DNA of 62,794 bases, counting the filler, from Choristocarpus tenellus KU-1152 (taxonomy: Eukaryota > Protista > Phaeophyceae): the NCBI GenBank assembly GCA_964200185.2. It is 9 parts of 9 records of this genome, joined end to end, with 100 filler letters (N's around TTAATTAATTAA, not from the genome) between each part and the next. Parts side by side here need not be neighbours in the genome. Positions count along the whole stretch, not along the records: positions 49,316 to 54,401 come from CAXNAD020011923.1; positions 54,502 to 58,541 come from CAXNAD020016531.1; positions 58,642 to 62,794 come from CAXNAD020015949.1; 6 more parts are not named here. The stretch is one strand, 5' to 3'. Shown one piece after another: positions 49,523 to 61,849 of the stretch (within the stretch, counting starts at the first letter, position 1; every line of letters begins with the position of its first letter). Under the pieces are notes generated by a model. It was not told the DNA's origin and made no database searches. It saw only the letters and a list, made by a program, of their open reading frames with translations. The translations under genes and the position numbers were made by a program.

Positions 49523-50299
49523 CTCTTTTTTGCCCATGAACGACCTCGGGTGAGACGCAATCCTCTGGAAGAGGGTGGTGGTGCCTCCCTTCTGGACCCC
49601 AAGTCCAACAAAGTGGAAGTCCTTCTCGAATTTGTCCGTCCCATGTCGGATGTTGGATATAGTAGAGGGAATATACGAGGTGAGTACATTGCTTAAATCT
49701 TGACAATACTGACAAAATGAGAGACTCAGAGCAATGACAGGGTAGCTGCAAATAATACATTACGATTGGCTCAAGGTCAGGATGTGGTGGGCGAAATCAT
49801 TTGGTCACATTTCACCACTCGCCGTTCGGTTGCGGTAAGAGTCCAGCTCCTGTCTTCCACACGGCCCATTATCCTCGTGTAATCCATCCATCATCCACTC
49901 AAGACCCAGATACTTCGCAGGGCAATCCAATGGCCCCGCAGACATCGGTGATAGGGTTCCATTAGAGTTCGTAGGGTGGACTGTAGGATCAATTACCATC
50001 TCACTAGGTATGGGTGGGTTTTTAGAAGACCCTAGTGGTGAAGAGTTTAGCTTGGCGGATGCCATGGGCTCCGATGGGGCAAGAAGGGAAGAACCGTCAT
50101 TGGGGAATGTCTTACTCGACTCTTCGGATGGGCTCTGACTAACACTTTTTTGCTGCTGTGCAGATGAATGTGGACGTGTGTATGATGCTCGCCTTACAAA
50201 CCATACACACGCAAAGGCAATGCCGATGCCTTGTAGGGTCAGCACCAATGAGAGTTTCCCTCTTCGACCAAGGCGGGCCCCCTTCTTATCCCCTCTCAT
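49523..50299 (-). CDS. Type II membrane sulfotransferase (heparan-sulfate 3-O/N-sulfotransferase-like PAPS-binding motif), 5' exons ~50299-49823 and ~49708-49523
   Basis: Basic N-tail plus hydrophobic segment LSLVLTLQGIGIAFACVWFV, a Ser/Pro-rich stem, then FVGLGVQKGGTTTLFQRIASHP...KE|gtgaga (5'-PSB loop motif). Confidence 0.8.
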
Positions 50300-52113
50300 A
50301 GTCCCCCTGTTGTCCTCTTCTTCAGTGCAACACCTTTTTGGGGTTGTGAGGAAATGACTGTAACAGATATCTTGTTAGAACGTTTGCCTCTATTTGTTAT
50401 GTAGTATTATAATTGAAACCGACTGCATTATCATGGTAATTGCAACCTCTAGAAAACAAATGGGAAGATTATCCAGCAGTTTTGTACGGGTAAGGTCGAG
50501 ATACATCACAATATCTCTCTTTCAATATTTAATATAAACGTTTAATGTTTGAGGCATAATAATATATATATAATACAGACCCTTTCAATATAACAATTAG
50601 GAGGTAGAGAGTCCCAAACGATCCGTTTGGTCAGACTACAATCAAGAAATAATGTCTCCAAAATGCGAGAGGACATAATAATGTGAGAGTTTAAGAAATA
50701 ATCTGAGTTTTTGGGCGGAAGAATTCTGGTTGGCTGGGGGGACAGGACAAGCGTTGCCAGGGGAAAGAAAAAGAAGCAGGAAGAGAACGAATAGTCAAGG
50801 AAGGGAAGAGAAGGTTAACGGAAATGAGTGGTAGAAAAGGGGAGGAACAGCACTCAGTGATTGATAAGAGGGAAGAGAACCAGGGGTACAGGTCGAGGAG
50901 GGGAGACCAAGGCAACCTCCGAGCAAGCTCTCCTGCCCACCAACCCTGTCGCTTGCTCACGAACGACAGGAACACTGGGAAAGGGGGGGGGGAGGGGAGG
51001 TCAAGTTATGGCGGGGTAGATGTCTTCTAGCTCAAAGAAAGGCACGGTTTGAAGTGGATCATGAAGGGGTGTTCTTGGATGATTGTGGAGTGGTATTGAG
51101 TGGTGTGAGAACTTCTGTGGGGTTGAGGGGAGTGGTAACTTGTGTGGGGTTGAAAGGTGGGGGATAGCTGGCAATCAGGGGCGAAGGGCATTCGCACTGG
51201 TTGGTCATCAAATGGGGAATAAGGAATAGAGGAATGGCGAACAAGGAATAAGCAAATAATAACAACACAGAATTCGTGAGCAAAACAAATAATACAATCA
51301 GAGAGTATAATGATATAATATAAAATAAGAGAATTACCAACAAAGAAAACAGCATTCAGAAGACAGTGTTGATGGGGTGTGTTTGTTGGGGTTGGGCGAC
51401 CTTAGCTACTCCTTTGGTGTGACGTACATAGCTATCCCAGCTTCACAGGAATGCCATTTGTCCATGAAGCCCATTATGCTGTCAGCCACACACTCACATC
51501 TCTCTTCCTCTTTCTTTGTGGCTGTGGTGAACATACCTAAATGCCAAGGTCATTTTGAAGGCATGTCCACCCAGTTCTTCTCCTGTTTACCTTGCTTTCG
51601 CTTTCCAATCACAAGCTCCTCCAAACATCAATATCTTGGGAAGTCGCTCATCCCCTGCAAAAAATCAAGAAACTAACCCCAGCAAATTATAGGATCCTCC
51701 ATTTCCCCCTTGTTGCCTCAATATTCTCATACCCAATCTTCATTATTAGAATATCTTTCTATTGTAAGACATTACATCAAATACTTACCAATTTTGAATC
51801 TCACCACTAAGGTTTCCCTTTTGATGTATATTGTATTACAAGACTTGTTTTGTGTAATATCGTACGAAGTATTTCTTGGTAATAATAGGTATTGGATATA
51901 TATCTCCATACTGTATATATATCCATTTCTTTCCGATATATATTTGGACAAGATGGCTACTCAACACTGTAACACAAAACCTGTATCAACTTCCAACAGT
52001 TCAAGAGTTGTTTGAACAAGGGAAGGTACGTTGGTACTAAGGAAAAAATATGATACAACAGTAGTGGTACTGGCGCTGTAGATAGGGAAGAGAGCAGGGC
52101 AACCTAAAAGAAG

Positions 52114-53840
52114 ATGAGGCGACAACGCTATGGCAGCCGTGACCGACAATGGAGTAGGGGTGTGGGACGAAGTTACGACAGAGACAGGGAGAGAGACAGG
52201 GATAGGGATTGGGATAAGGACAGGGACAGGGACAGGGATATGTACAACGAGCGGGATTGGAACAGGGATGGGGACAAAGATAGGGAAAGAGAAAGAAACA
52301 GGGGAAGGAACAGGGACAATGACTCTGACAATGACAGAAACAGGGAGAGGGACAGGTATAGAGAAATGAACTCGGGGAGGGCTAGAGGTCGGGATTGGGA
52401 ACGGTGCAGAGATAGGGATTGGGGAAGGGAGAGGGATGCCGATAAGGGTAGAGACTGGGGTAGGCGTGTATCCAACAGACGAAACGACAGCCGAGATCGA
52501 GAGAGTGCTGTCGACCGCCAACGCCGTTACGCCCACAACGATGATTGGCGATCAGGTGCAAGTCGTCGTGAGTCACCTTACCGTGCTGCAGTCAATGGTG
52601 ACAGGAAAGGTCAATACGAAGCACTCCGTAGTGACCCTGGGCAAGATGATGCTGATACTGGTAGCCAAAAGTCACGGCTTTGTGGAGTGCTGGATGGGTG
52701 TTGGGTGGAAGACAAGTCGGGTGACTTCAAAAAGGATACAGTTCCAGTCCAGACTGACTTTTCTGAAACAGAGAGCAAACGTGTCCTGGCGGAAAATCAA
52801 GCTGTGCCGTCGCCACAGTCGCGAAATACACCGGGACGGATGGTGGCTAATAGGCAAGAATCTGGTGGGAAAGTCGCGGATACATGTTTCAAGGGTCTCA
52901 GTATTGGTAGCACTACTGCTGATGAAGTTAATTCTAGAAGGCCAAGGTGGGACAAAGCTGCACCTGGTCATCCATCTCGATCTAGCGATGGCAGTGGTGA
53001 GCCACGCCAGCCCCCTTTGAGAAGGGACTTTCCCTCCCCCGTATTTCACCTCTGAAAATTGCTACCCCACAAAAAGATAAATGATAATTATTGCTCAATA
53101 AATTAGTTGAATATATATTTAAATGCTTGATATCCACACAATCAGTCGTAGCTGAATGTTCACGTGCCACAAAAATTACAGGTGTTCCTTGCCTCACCCT
53201 CCTCCATATTGCAATTGTCGTGATCTCTGTATTATTAAACGACTTGTCTTTGTTGTTAGAGAGATAGATGGTGATTGCTTTTGGTACACTATGCATGTGC
53301 TCCAATGCCCTACAATCTTAAACATTGCTTGAACTTGTTCACAGTCCATACTTGAAATTTGAAATGTAGTAGGTGCTAAGCTGGAAGATATTTGTTTAAC
53401 TATTAGGTTTTTGTGAAACTGTGATGTCTCTGATATTGACTCCTACTTTGAAGTAGAAGGTAGTTTATTCCTAGTCTGATCATTATATTATTTTTGAGTT
53501 TCAAGCACAGTAAGCAGTGTGAAAGTGCGGCTGTTACGTTTGGTGCATGTCAAATGAATTCCAGCAGTTTGTTCTATTAAGTGGATTACTTTTTTTTGTC
53601 AATGCTTCCACATTCCCCTCTGTGCCAATCGCAGCAGGCCTTGAGGCGAAAAAAAGCACCCCCACTACTTCTGGTCCCCTCCCCTTGCCAACTTCTGCTG
53701 CAGCTAGAGTGTCAAGCAGTGTTGTGGGCAAGGCTGCCAAGGGGAAGTTATTTGCACAGAAAGAGGGAAGTACACTCAACACCAAGAAGAGGTCGCTTTG
53801 GGGAGGTGGGGGAAAGTCTTCGACATCCACTGCTGAGCAG
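52114..53840 (+). CDS. Arg/Asp-rich low-complexity protein, possibly RSRC2/SMAP-like (exons ~52114-52996, 53635-53840)
   Basis: Long RD/RE dipeptide ORF; phase-1 donor g|gtgagc matches acceptor cgcag; the second exon ends KKRSLWGGGGKSSTSTAEQ|gtaaaa; start uncertain. Confidence 0.6.
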
Positions 53841-54501
53841 GTAAAATATAGGGGGGTGGAAAGGGAGATCTAGCATTGTGGAGGATGTTCTGGCATTGTT
53901 GGAGGTCATCTTTTGTAGGTGGAGACTCAGTTCAACCTGTTGGGGGATTGTGCAGACAAGGGAGAGGGTTGGAGGCATCTTACACCATATTGCCCACTGA
54001 ATGATGCATTTGCCTTTTCTGTGTACCTGGTTATACTTAATGATGTCAAAACCGGTTCTTGTCTAATAATTCCCCCAATAACCCTCGCCCCTTTTCTTCC
54101 CACCCCCGCTCCCTCCCACCGAAATTGTCCTCTGCAGACTGGGGCCACCCAGATATCCAGGTGCTTCATCTCATCAGGGCCATGGGCAGGCAGACCAATC
54201 CTCAGATCTCATACACCCAGAGCTCTACAACAGCTTAGAATCACTATTACCTTGTAATCACCTCCCTCTATTGTGCTTCATGACAGATTCCAACACTGCG
54301 CTCCCCTAACCCCCCCCCCCCCCCCTGCACCCATCCCCCCATTTGTCCTTTCATCCCCTTCTCTTCTCTTTTCCTTGATTGTTCTTTTCACCATCTTGGT
54401 TNNNNNNNNNNNNNNNNNNNNNNNNNNNNNNNNNNNNNNNNNNNNTTAATTAATTAANNNNNNNNNNNNNNNNNNNNNNNNNNNNNNNNNNNNNNNNNNN
54501 N

Positions 54502-56574
54502 CCCCACCTCTACCCTCCTTCCCTGCGCGACCCCCTCCCGATCCGTCTCATGCCCTGTCTTTCCGCCCACCCCCCTCCACCTCTTCCTGTTTTGTAGGTC
54601 TTGTTTTGCTTACTGCCTCCTCCTTGGTTACTGCCTCCTCCTTGGTTACTGCCTCCTCCTTGGTTACTGCCTCTTCCTTGGCAACTGCCTTTTCCTTAGC
54701 TATTGCCTCTTCCTTGGCTATTGCCTCTTCCTTAGCTATTGCCTCTTCCTTGGCTATTGCCTCTTCCTTGGCTATTGCCTCTTCCTTGGCTATTGCCTCT
54801 GTCTTGGCAATGCGGACCTTCTGGGCGCCTTCAGCACTCCATCCTACATGCAGACGCTGGAGGAGTGACTACATAAAACATGACAAATATTCGTGTGTGT
54901 GTATGTGTATGTGTGTGCGCACATATTCAAGTCACATAGCCAGCACAAGAGATAATGGGGTTGGGAGGGGGCCAGGGGAAAGAGGGGCATCTTGCTGTCA
55001 CTAATGATGCTCAAGATGTACAAGGAGCGTTTCTCTCCTTGGCTGAATGTATCCTATGCTTGCTATTTCATGGTTATTAAAGTTACAAATGCGAGATCAA
55101 TCCATAGCGGGAAATTTCCTGACAATCAAACTAGTGTTTGCAGTAGGCGCCATTTATTAGAAGTTAGAGGTCCAATAATAGGCCATCCACACCTTATTGT
55201 ACCTCCTATCCCCTTGTCCCTTTGATTCCTTTTCATGTTCAACTGTGTTGATTCCATTGAATACCACTTTCAAACCATGATCTCTAATACTACTTCATTA
55301 TTTAATTATAGTCCTCAGGTTACATAGTGTAAAAGGTAATTCAGTGTAAGCGCATAAGGGCAAGGTGAGACAAGATGAGGGATGAATTGCTTTCTGAATG
55401 ATCTGCACCTTGAAAGGGCTTTCTTGTTTCAAAAGGAAACTGAGCAGGATCAATGACATGGAAAAACGTTCCTCAAAACTGCACTCTTGCTACTACTTGC
55501 CTGCTGAATGCACTTGACATTTAAGTAGCAAAACCACCGGTAAAATTGAGAACGACTAGCAATTGGAACAAGGTGCAAGCTTTGCCTCTGGGCGTGCTGT
55601 ATCACATCAACCACTACTCCAAATCGTGATATCACGCGGCCTGCGTGCGTACCTTATGCACGTGGGTCGAAAGAAAATCCTCCTTCTTGCTCACACTGCC
55701 GCTCATCGCCCTCCACCAGGTGTATATCAAAGACGACTTTCCAGACCCTTGCAGGAAGTTGTGAACAAGCGAAGAGGACGAGGAGAGAGGTAAGATGCAG
55801 CAAGTATTGGTTGGGGAGGATGTGGAAGCAACTGCTCCCACGACTATCTTAATACTACTTGACCACTTTGTTAAATATTTAATAGGAGAAGCACATTGGC
55901 ACGAACGACTCGAGTAAAAGTCAGCGTGGTGTTTTGAAAGGTATCGAATTATTATCGCGTTCGTGTCCTCCTCAGCGAAAGAAGATTTCCAGAGACCACA
56001 AGAATAGTGACTCTCTATGCCTGAAGATATGTCGATATCCATACGGCGATTGCGGGCAATCTATCAATACTACACACACTACCCTCACCAGTAGGACCCA
56101 GCACAATGATATTGATGCTCGTCGGTATTCCACGTCCGGAGGGGGTCACACCGGCATCCTTATCTATCCATGGGGGAAGTGGCGCTGGGCAAGAATGTAT
56201 CTTTGTCCGAATCCTGCGTGAAAACGCCTCTGGACCCCAGGTCTAGTAAACCATTCCAAACGAAAGGATATTTGTGAGTAATTTGTCCTGTGACCCAGGT
56301 GTGAAATCGACATCGTGGTTGCAAGGGTGCTTAAAGTATACCATCATTCTCCAGATCTAAGCTCAGATGAAAATAAGAGCTTCCTATGGGATGATTGGGA
56401 AATCACCCACCTCCTCAACCTCTTGGGTAAAACTTCTGACACTATCTCAAGAATGTTGACCCACATGACATTTACCAACAGCTCCCTATCTGCTATCACC
56501 TCAATGGATGCCTTGCTATCCTCCTCAGCAGCCTGCCGCACCACATCAGATGCAGAAGGTGAGTCATTCATCAT
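54502..56574 (-). CDS. P-loop NTPase (IFI44/GTPase-like Walker A) with (EEAIAK)n repeat; exons 56574-56411, 56213-56089, 55747-55653, 54856-contig end
   Basis: Phase-consistent splicing rebuilds INIIVLGPTG/SGKSSLIYTWWRA across an intron; exon 4 reads RLHVGWSAEGAQKVRIAKTEAIAKEEAIAK... Confidence 0.75.
54609..54807 (-). repeat. 18-bp coding tandem repeat, ~11 units (EEAIAK / EEAVTK)
   Basis: Plus-strand units ttactgcctcctccttgg and ctattgcctcttccttgg. Confidence 0.92.
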
Positions 56575-57080
56575 AGTCACTGCTCAGCGCTGTGTCTGGG
56601 ACTCAGCGCAAAGTGAGTGTAGAGGGGCATAGATTTGTTGGTTGTTCCTGTATAATATCAATTAGGCTCTGGAGCTCTAGGGCCATTCTGAGTTGTTGTG
56701 AAAATGTATATTTGAAAAGCGTTTCGACCATGATCTGGGAGGTCAGATGTAGTTAGCAGTGAGTATACTGATAGAGAGCTCTGTAGAGCTCCACGCTTGG
56801 AGCTAGTGTCATTATGCTCGTATAGCCTTGTATTATCAGTACTTAAGGAGCATCCTGCTAAAGCAATGGTGAGTGTTGGCACCATGCATATATATCCATT
56901 GCGATCTATTGGAAATCAAGGATCCTCCGATAGAAGACCTGGTTGAGAATCGCCACTGCAAGAACTGCAATTAGTAGCCTTAACAATGCATATATGAGTG
57001 AGTGTGTTCGCGACCTCCGTGGTCTCGTTTTCGCTATCTTCTTTTTACTTGGGCGTTTGTGCTTGTTTTCATATCAGCAG

Positions 57081-58181
57081 GTTAAGAATGGAGAGGTGGT
57101 CGCGCCCGTGGACGACTTGATGAAACCGGCGAACGGGGAGTTTACTAGGTCTGTGTTTCTTGTTCTGATTTAATGACCGAGACCTCACCATTGATAAACC
57201 TGAAGAGTAGTCTTGAATAGAAGATATCAGTTAGACTCGTTAGCATTACTCTAAATCATCATCATGGAAGCATATAACGTGCATATCCTAGCGTAGTAGA
57301 GGTGAGGCATGGGCCTGTTTGGATCGTGCTTAAGGAAATATGAACCCTTCCATGGGGTACGTCATGGGACACGTAGATTCTGATAAAACAAATTTTGAGG
57401 TGTGACCTTGTATGCTTTTAGTCGACAAAATACGTCAGGAGCATCTTTGACGAGGACGGCACATAAACTACTGCATCAGGCTTGCAGCAGGGACAGAGAA
57501 CAGTTTGCGAAGTGGTATAATATATATATATATATGTATATATTATTATTAAGCGCAACCCTTCGCGTGAAGATGTTGATGAGAAAAATGCAATTGAAGC
57601 ACGCCGAGGTTATGCTGAAGGATCATACTCTTTCTGGACAATCCTAACTCCAGCATTTCTCACTCTCGCTCTCTCGTGCCGTCACCTTGTCTGACTTTTG
57701 TGCGATGAGAGGGACAAAAGAACTCACGCATTATGTGTGGATATACCGCCAAAAAGCTGCGTATTTTAACTTAAAGAGCTGGCTATATTTGTGCGTAAGA
57801 AATTGGACGCAAGTCAAGGCCATACAGGGGGAGGACCGGCCACTTTCCATCAGGCGGTTCCACCAATCAAATGTACCATTTCGCGTGCTCAACGTTTGCA
57901 ATTGATCTGGCTTATTGACGCTACTACTGTTGCAATTTCTGGAATAGAATGTGTGGTACCAGGTAACTCTTCATGCAATCCTCTGCCTCACCCTTTGTTG
58001 GCACTCCTTAACAATATCTAACAATTCTCTCCTTCCAAGGACTCGAAAGCTCAATACGGAAAGAAGACATTTGCGTGAAGTTCAGCGCTACAGAGAAATG
58101 GCCAGGAAGAGCGCATTTTCTGGGAAGGATTGCGGCTTCACCTATCGCTCCTCTTTCAGAGCAGGGGAGCACATGTATAAG
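57081..58181 (+). CDS. Internal exons of an unknown gene (57081-57148, 57422-57514, 58040-~58181)
   Basis: Three exon-like blocks with AG acceptors and phase-2/phase-2 consistent junctions: VKNGEVVAPVDDLMKPANGEFT-SRQNTSG...EQFAK-WTRKLNTERRHLREVQRYREM. Confidence 0.45.
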
Positions 58182-58641
58182 GCAAGAGGAGAAAAATTAC
58201 AGAAATGAAAACTCATTTCCTCAAAGTTTACCACTACGAGGATATAAGGGGAGGTGAATCAAGCTAGCTTGCTCCCTTCTGCAGGACCCTTCTTCATATT
58301 CGGCTGAGCGAGATGCTCCATTCTGTAAAGTAGTAGCAGCTCAGCTCACCATTCTGCAGCTATGGTCAACTTTTTTGGTGTTCTTTGGTATTCTCATATT
58401 CTAGGCTTGCAAACATTTGTATGTTTTAAGCAATAAGACTGATTTGCCAGAGTATTTAGCTTTTCCTTTGCTGAAACTAGCACAAGGTATTGCAATAGAC
58501 CCCCCACCTGCCGTGAGGCATAATCTGCACCCCTGTAGACCNNNNNNNNNNNNNNNNNNNNNNNNNNNNNNNNNNNNNNNNNNNNTTAATTAATTAANNN
58601 NNNNNNNNNNNNNNNNNNNNNNNNNNNNNNNNNNNNNNNNN

Positions 58642-58801
58642 GAGAGGGAGTCTATACCAGGGTGTCCGTTTGGGACGTGACCAGGAAAAGCGCACTCAAA
58701 TTATCCATCCTACGCATGCATTCCAAATAACCCCAAAATCGCGACATGAAAGATTTGATCCCACACGGACAGCCGCCACCCCCCCCCCAGATACTTGAGC
58801 C
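58642..58801 (-). mobile_element. MITE family B copy at contig start
   Basis: ccagggtgtccgtttggg ... cccccagatacttgagcc. Confidence 0.8.
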
Positions 58802-58962
58802 CTCACGATCACTTTGAACGGGCGTTGCTTGGTCAAGGTTAGAAGCAGATAACTCATATTCCTTTTGAACACGTATGGTAAATGCACGATTACCCTTAGG
58901 CACATTGCGACAGATGGGTGCCAGCATTAGATAGAGCAACGGATTTCTACTGTTCCTCAAAC

Positions 58963-61330
58963 CTAAATTCGAGATAGAGTGTCAGGATTAACATGTAGCT
59001 TACCAGGCTTGTATTTGACAGTGAAATTACAAGCTTGAAGTTCAGTAGCCCAACGAGTAAACATGTTATTGGTATCCTGCATTCTACACACGTAACACAA
59101 TGCAGCATGACCCGTAATTGCAGGTAAAATGTCTACCCCAGAGATACGGTCGCCAAAGAGTGATAGCCGTAACGACTTCATAACACTCTCTCAATGTAAT
59201 TGAATAGTGACGTTGTTGGGCGTCATTGAATTTCTTGCTGAAGTAAGCAATGATAGCTAAATCTTTAGGAGTTTTGGATCGGGGTTGTGCTAAATACTCT
59301 CCAGCACCGCTCTCACTGGCATCAACATGGGCGACTAATTCTCTGGTAAAGTCAGGCAATACGAGAACTGGAGTTGCAATGAGTAATTTTTTTACTTAAA
59401 AAATTGCCCCGTCCTCGACCTATCCCCATTCTTTATCAAAATTCTTACTGGCATCTTTCTTAGTGAGACGAACTAACAGTTCGATTACTGTGGCTAGGTT
59501 GGGTACGAATTTACGCACAAAATGAACCATACCTCGCACAGATCGAAGTTCTTTGATAGTGGTGGGTTTGGATAACTCAGTGATGGCACGAACCCGATCT
59601 TCATCGATACGAATCTCTTCAGACGATAAAATGGGACCTAGATATTGAACTTCTTTAGGTTCAAATTGGATCTTTGACGGTTTCAAGGTTAAACCTGCTG
59701 TTTGCAAAGTTTTGAATTGCTGTTCTAGTAAGTGTAGATGTCATTCCCACGTGGGAGAACAAAGCAAATAAAATATCCATGTAAACTAGCAAACCACTAA
59801 GTGGTTCAAAATTTGCAAACCCTAACGGCACGATTATTTGAAATTGTGAGGGAGCATTTGATATCCCAAAGGGCATCTTCTTAAAAACATATTTGCCTCT
59901 GGAAGTGACGAAAGCAGTTTTATCAACGTCATCTTCAGCAACAGGAATTTGTCAATATGCACTCTAAATATCACAAACGGTGATGAATTTGGTACCGCCC
60001 GTGATATCAGTATGAGGGCCAAGTCTGTAGAACAAGGTATTTTGTTGGCAGTTGACCTATAATCTGCACAGAAACGTGGGGAGCCATCAGATTTGGCCAC
60101 AATGGTGACAGGACTACCCCAAGGGCTAGCACGTTTTTCAATGATGCCTTGCTCTTCCATAGTATTAACACATTAGTCAACCACTTGTTGAGGGCGGGAG
60201 TTTGCTCTGTATGGGTTCCTATCAACAGGCTTGGTACCGGACTCTATAGGAATTTCTGCTTTTCAGGTAGAGTACATCTGCCTAGTTCTGCTACATTCAA
60301 CGAAACTATCAATCTATAACGAGCACAGAGGTCTAAAAGTTGAGACACACTTGTGACAGAGTGAACGTATCTTAGAGGGTACGAGTTTTGCCCTGTTTGT
60401 CCATTTGGGGCTAGGCTTCCCATTGGTTGTTTTATTACATTTTCCTACTCCAAAATGTTTGGGAGTAATAAAATGTACACGTTACGCAAAGGTGTGTCCG
60501 AAACAAGGATATTGACACTTCCTAACAAACACGATGGCCAAAACTACATCTAAATCGCAACATTGGATTTTGGCCCCCAAATGGACGTGGCCCTACCCTC
60601 TTTGATACTTTGGCTCACTGAATGAACGTGGTATCTTTGAACGCATTTCTCTTACTGAAGGCTGATGTAACTCCTCTCTAGCTTTACTGAACGATGCAGG
60701 ATCGGTATTTAGAGCATTAACAACAGTGATTGGTATCTGATCAGAAATTGGGGTTAAGTAACCAATCACAAGATACTTCTTGATGCGGACCCTACGCGCA
60801 GTTCAGTTTGCCATTTGAACCAATACTGATCTATTACTTGCTAACAAAGTACTGAGAGAGTGTGGGCAGCTACGATACGATTCCATGGGTGTTTAGGTTC
60901 ATTGGTTTTATCTAAGGCAGGCATAGAATGTTTGACTGGCTCCACTACAACGGCAGTATCAAGAGACGGACTAGCATCAGTTGTGCAATGTACGATGATT
61001 TCATGATGAGGTGGTATGTTGTACTGTCTATGTACACGAACGGGTACAGGGTCAAAATCATGCTGCACAGTCACCACAGAGCACGAAGGAGTGATACTTG
61101 TATCATGTACTTGTTGTGGGACTCCTTGTCATGTGATGTCTTGCTGGAATGGAATACAACCTGTCGTGGAACGAGTGACGTTATTCTTGCCAATCAAGGA
61201 TTGCACCGAAGGCCTGCATAGCACTATTATCAAGCAGTATTCACCAAGTGCAAGTGCAAAACGATTAAATCCACGAATATGCAATGGTGAACCATTTGCC
61301 GTACGTAGATGTATTACACCAGGTGGAACA
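58963..61330 (-). mobile_element. Degenerate Ty3/Gypsy LTR retrotransposon pol (protease region, RT, RNase H)
   Basis: LRTANGSPL; GIIEKRASPWGSPVTIVAKSDGSPRFCADYR; MPFGISNAP; VYMD; GLTLKPSK; PDFTRE..AHVDAS; YSITLREC; RWATELQ...YKPGKLHVNPDTLSR; frameshifted. Confidence 0.93.
60359..60616 (-). mobile_element. MITE family A copy nested in Gypsy pol
   Basis: gagtgaacgtatcttagagggtacg ... gatactttggctc. Confidence 0.9.
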
Positions 61331-61336
61331 GGATGT

Positions 61337-61585
61337 GTGCAAAAAAGGACAATAGTGAGGTGTACCTTATTTTTTGTACATGAGATTGTTGTGTTGAATT
61401 GAGTCCATGTGATGTAACTAATAAAATAGTACATCCAGATTATGTATGGGATTATGTATTGGTATTAATTCGGCATTCAACTAACTGTGACATGACCGTT
61501 GACTCAGGTAGGAAGCAGAAATAAATAATAAACAAGCAACGAGAAGACACCACACACAAAAGGTCACTCTTCCAATTTCAACCAT
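61337..61585 (+). repeat. Interspersed repeat family C copy
   Basis: gtgcaaaaaaggacaatagtgaggtgtaccttattttt...aaggtcactcttccaatttca. Confidence 0.8.
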
Positions 61586-61590
61586 GTAAT

Positions 61591-61849
61591 GAGTGAAAGT
61601 ATCTTAGAGGGTACGAGTTTTGCTCTGTTTGTCCATTTGGGGCCTGGCTTCCCATGTGGTTTTTTACGACATTTTCCTACTCCAGAATGTGTCGGAGTAG
61701 GTAAAATGTGTATGTTATGAAAAGGTGTGTCCGGAACAAGAATATTAACATGTCCTGACAAACAGGATAACCGAAATTACATTGAAATCACGACATTGGA
61801 TTTTGGTCCCCAAATGGACGCGGCCCTACCCTCTAAGATACTTTGGCTC
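61591..61849 (-). mobile_element. MITE family A copy
   Basis: Both TIRs. Confidence 0.9.

Noticed and set aside
51961-52536. Minus-strand PVP/SL-rich ORFs and the plus-strand GT-rich alternative frame
   Set aside because: Frame shadows of the RD repeat.
54606-55004. Plus-strand ORF with (AIASSL)n, or a CRISPR-like array
   Set aside because: There are no spacers; it is the antisense shadow of the spliced minus-strand EEAIAK exon.
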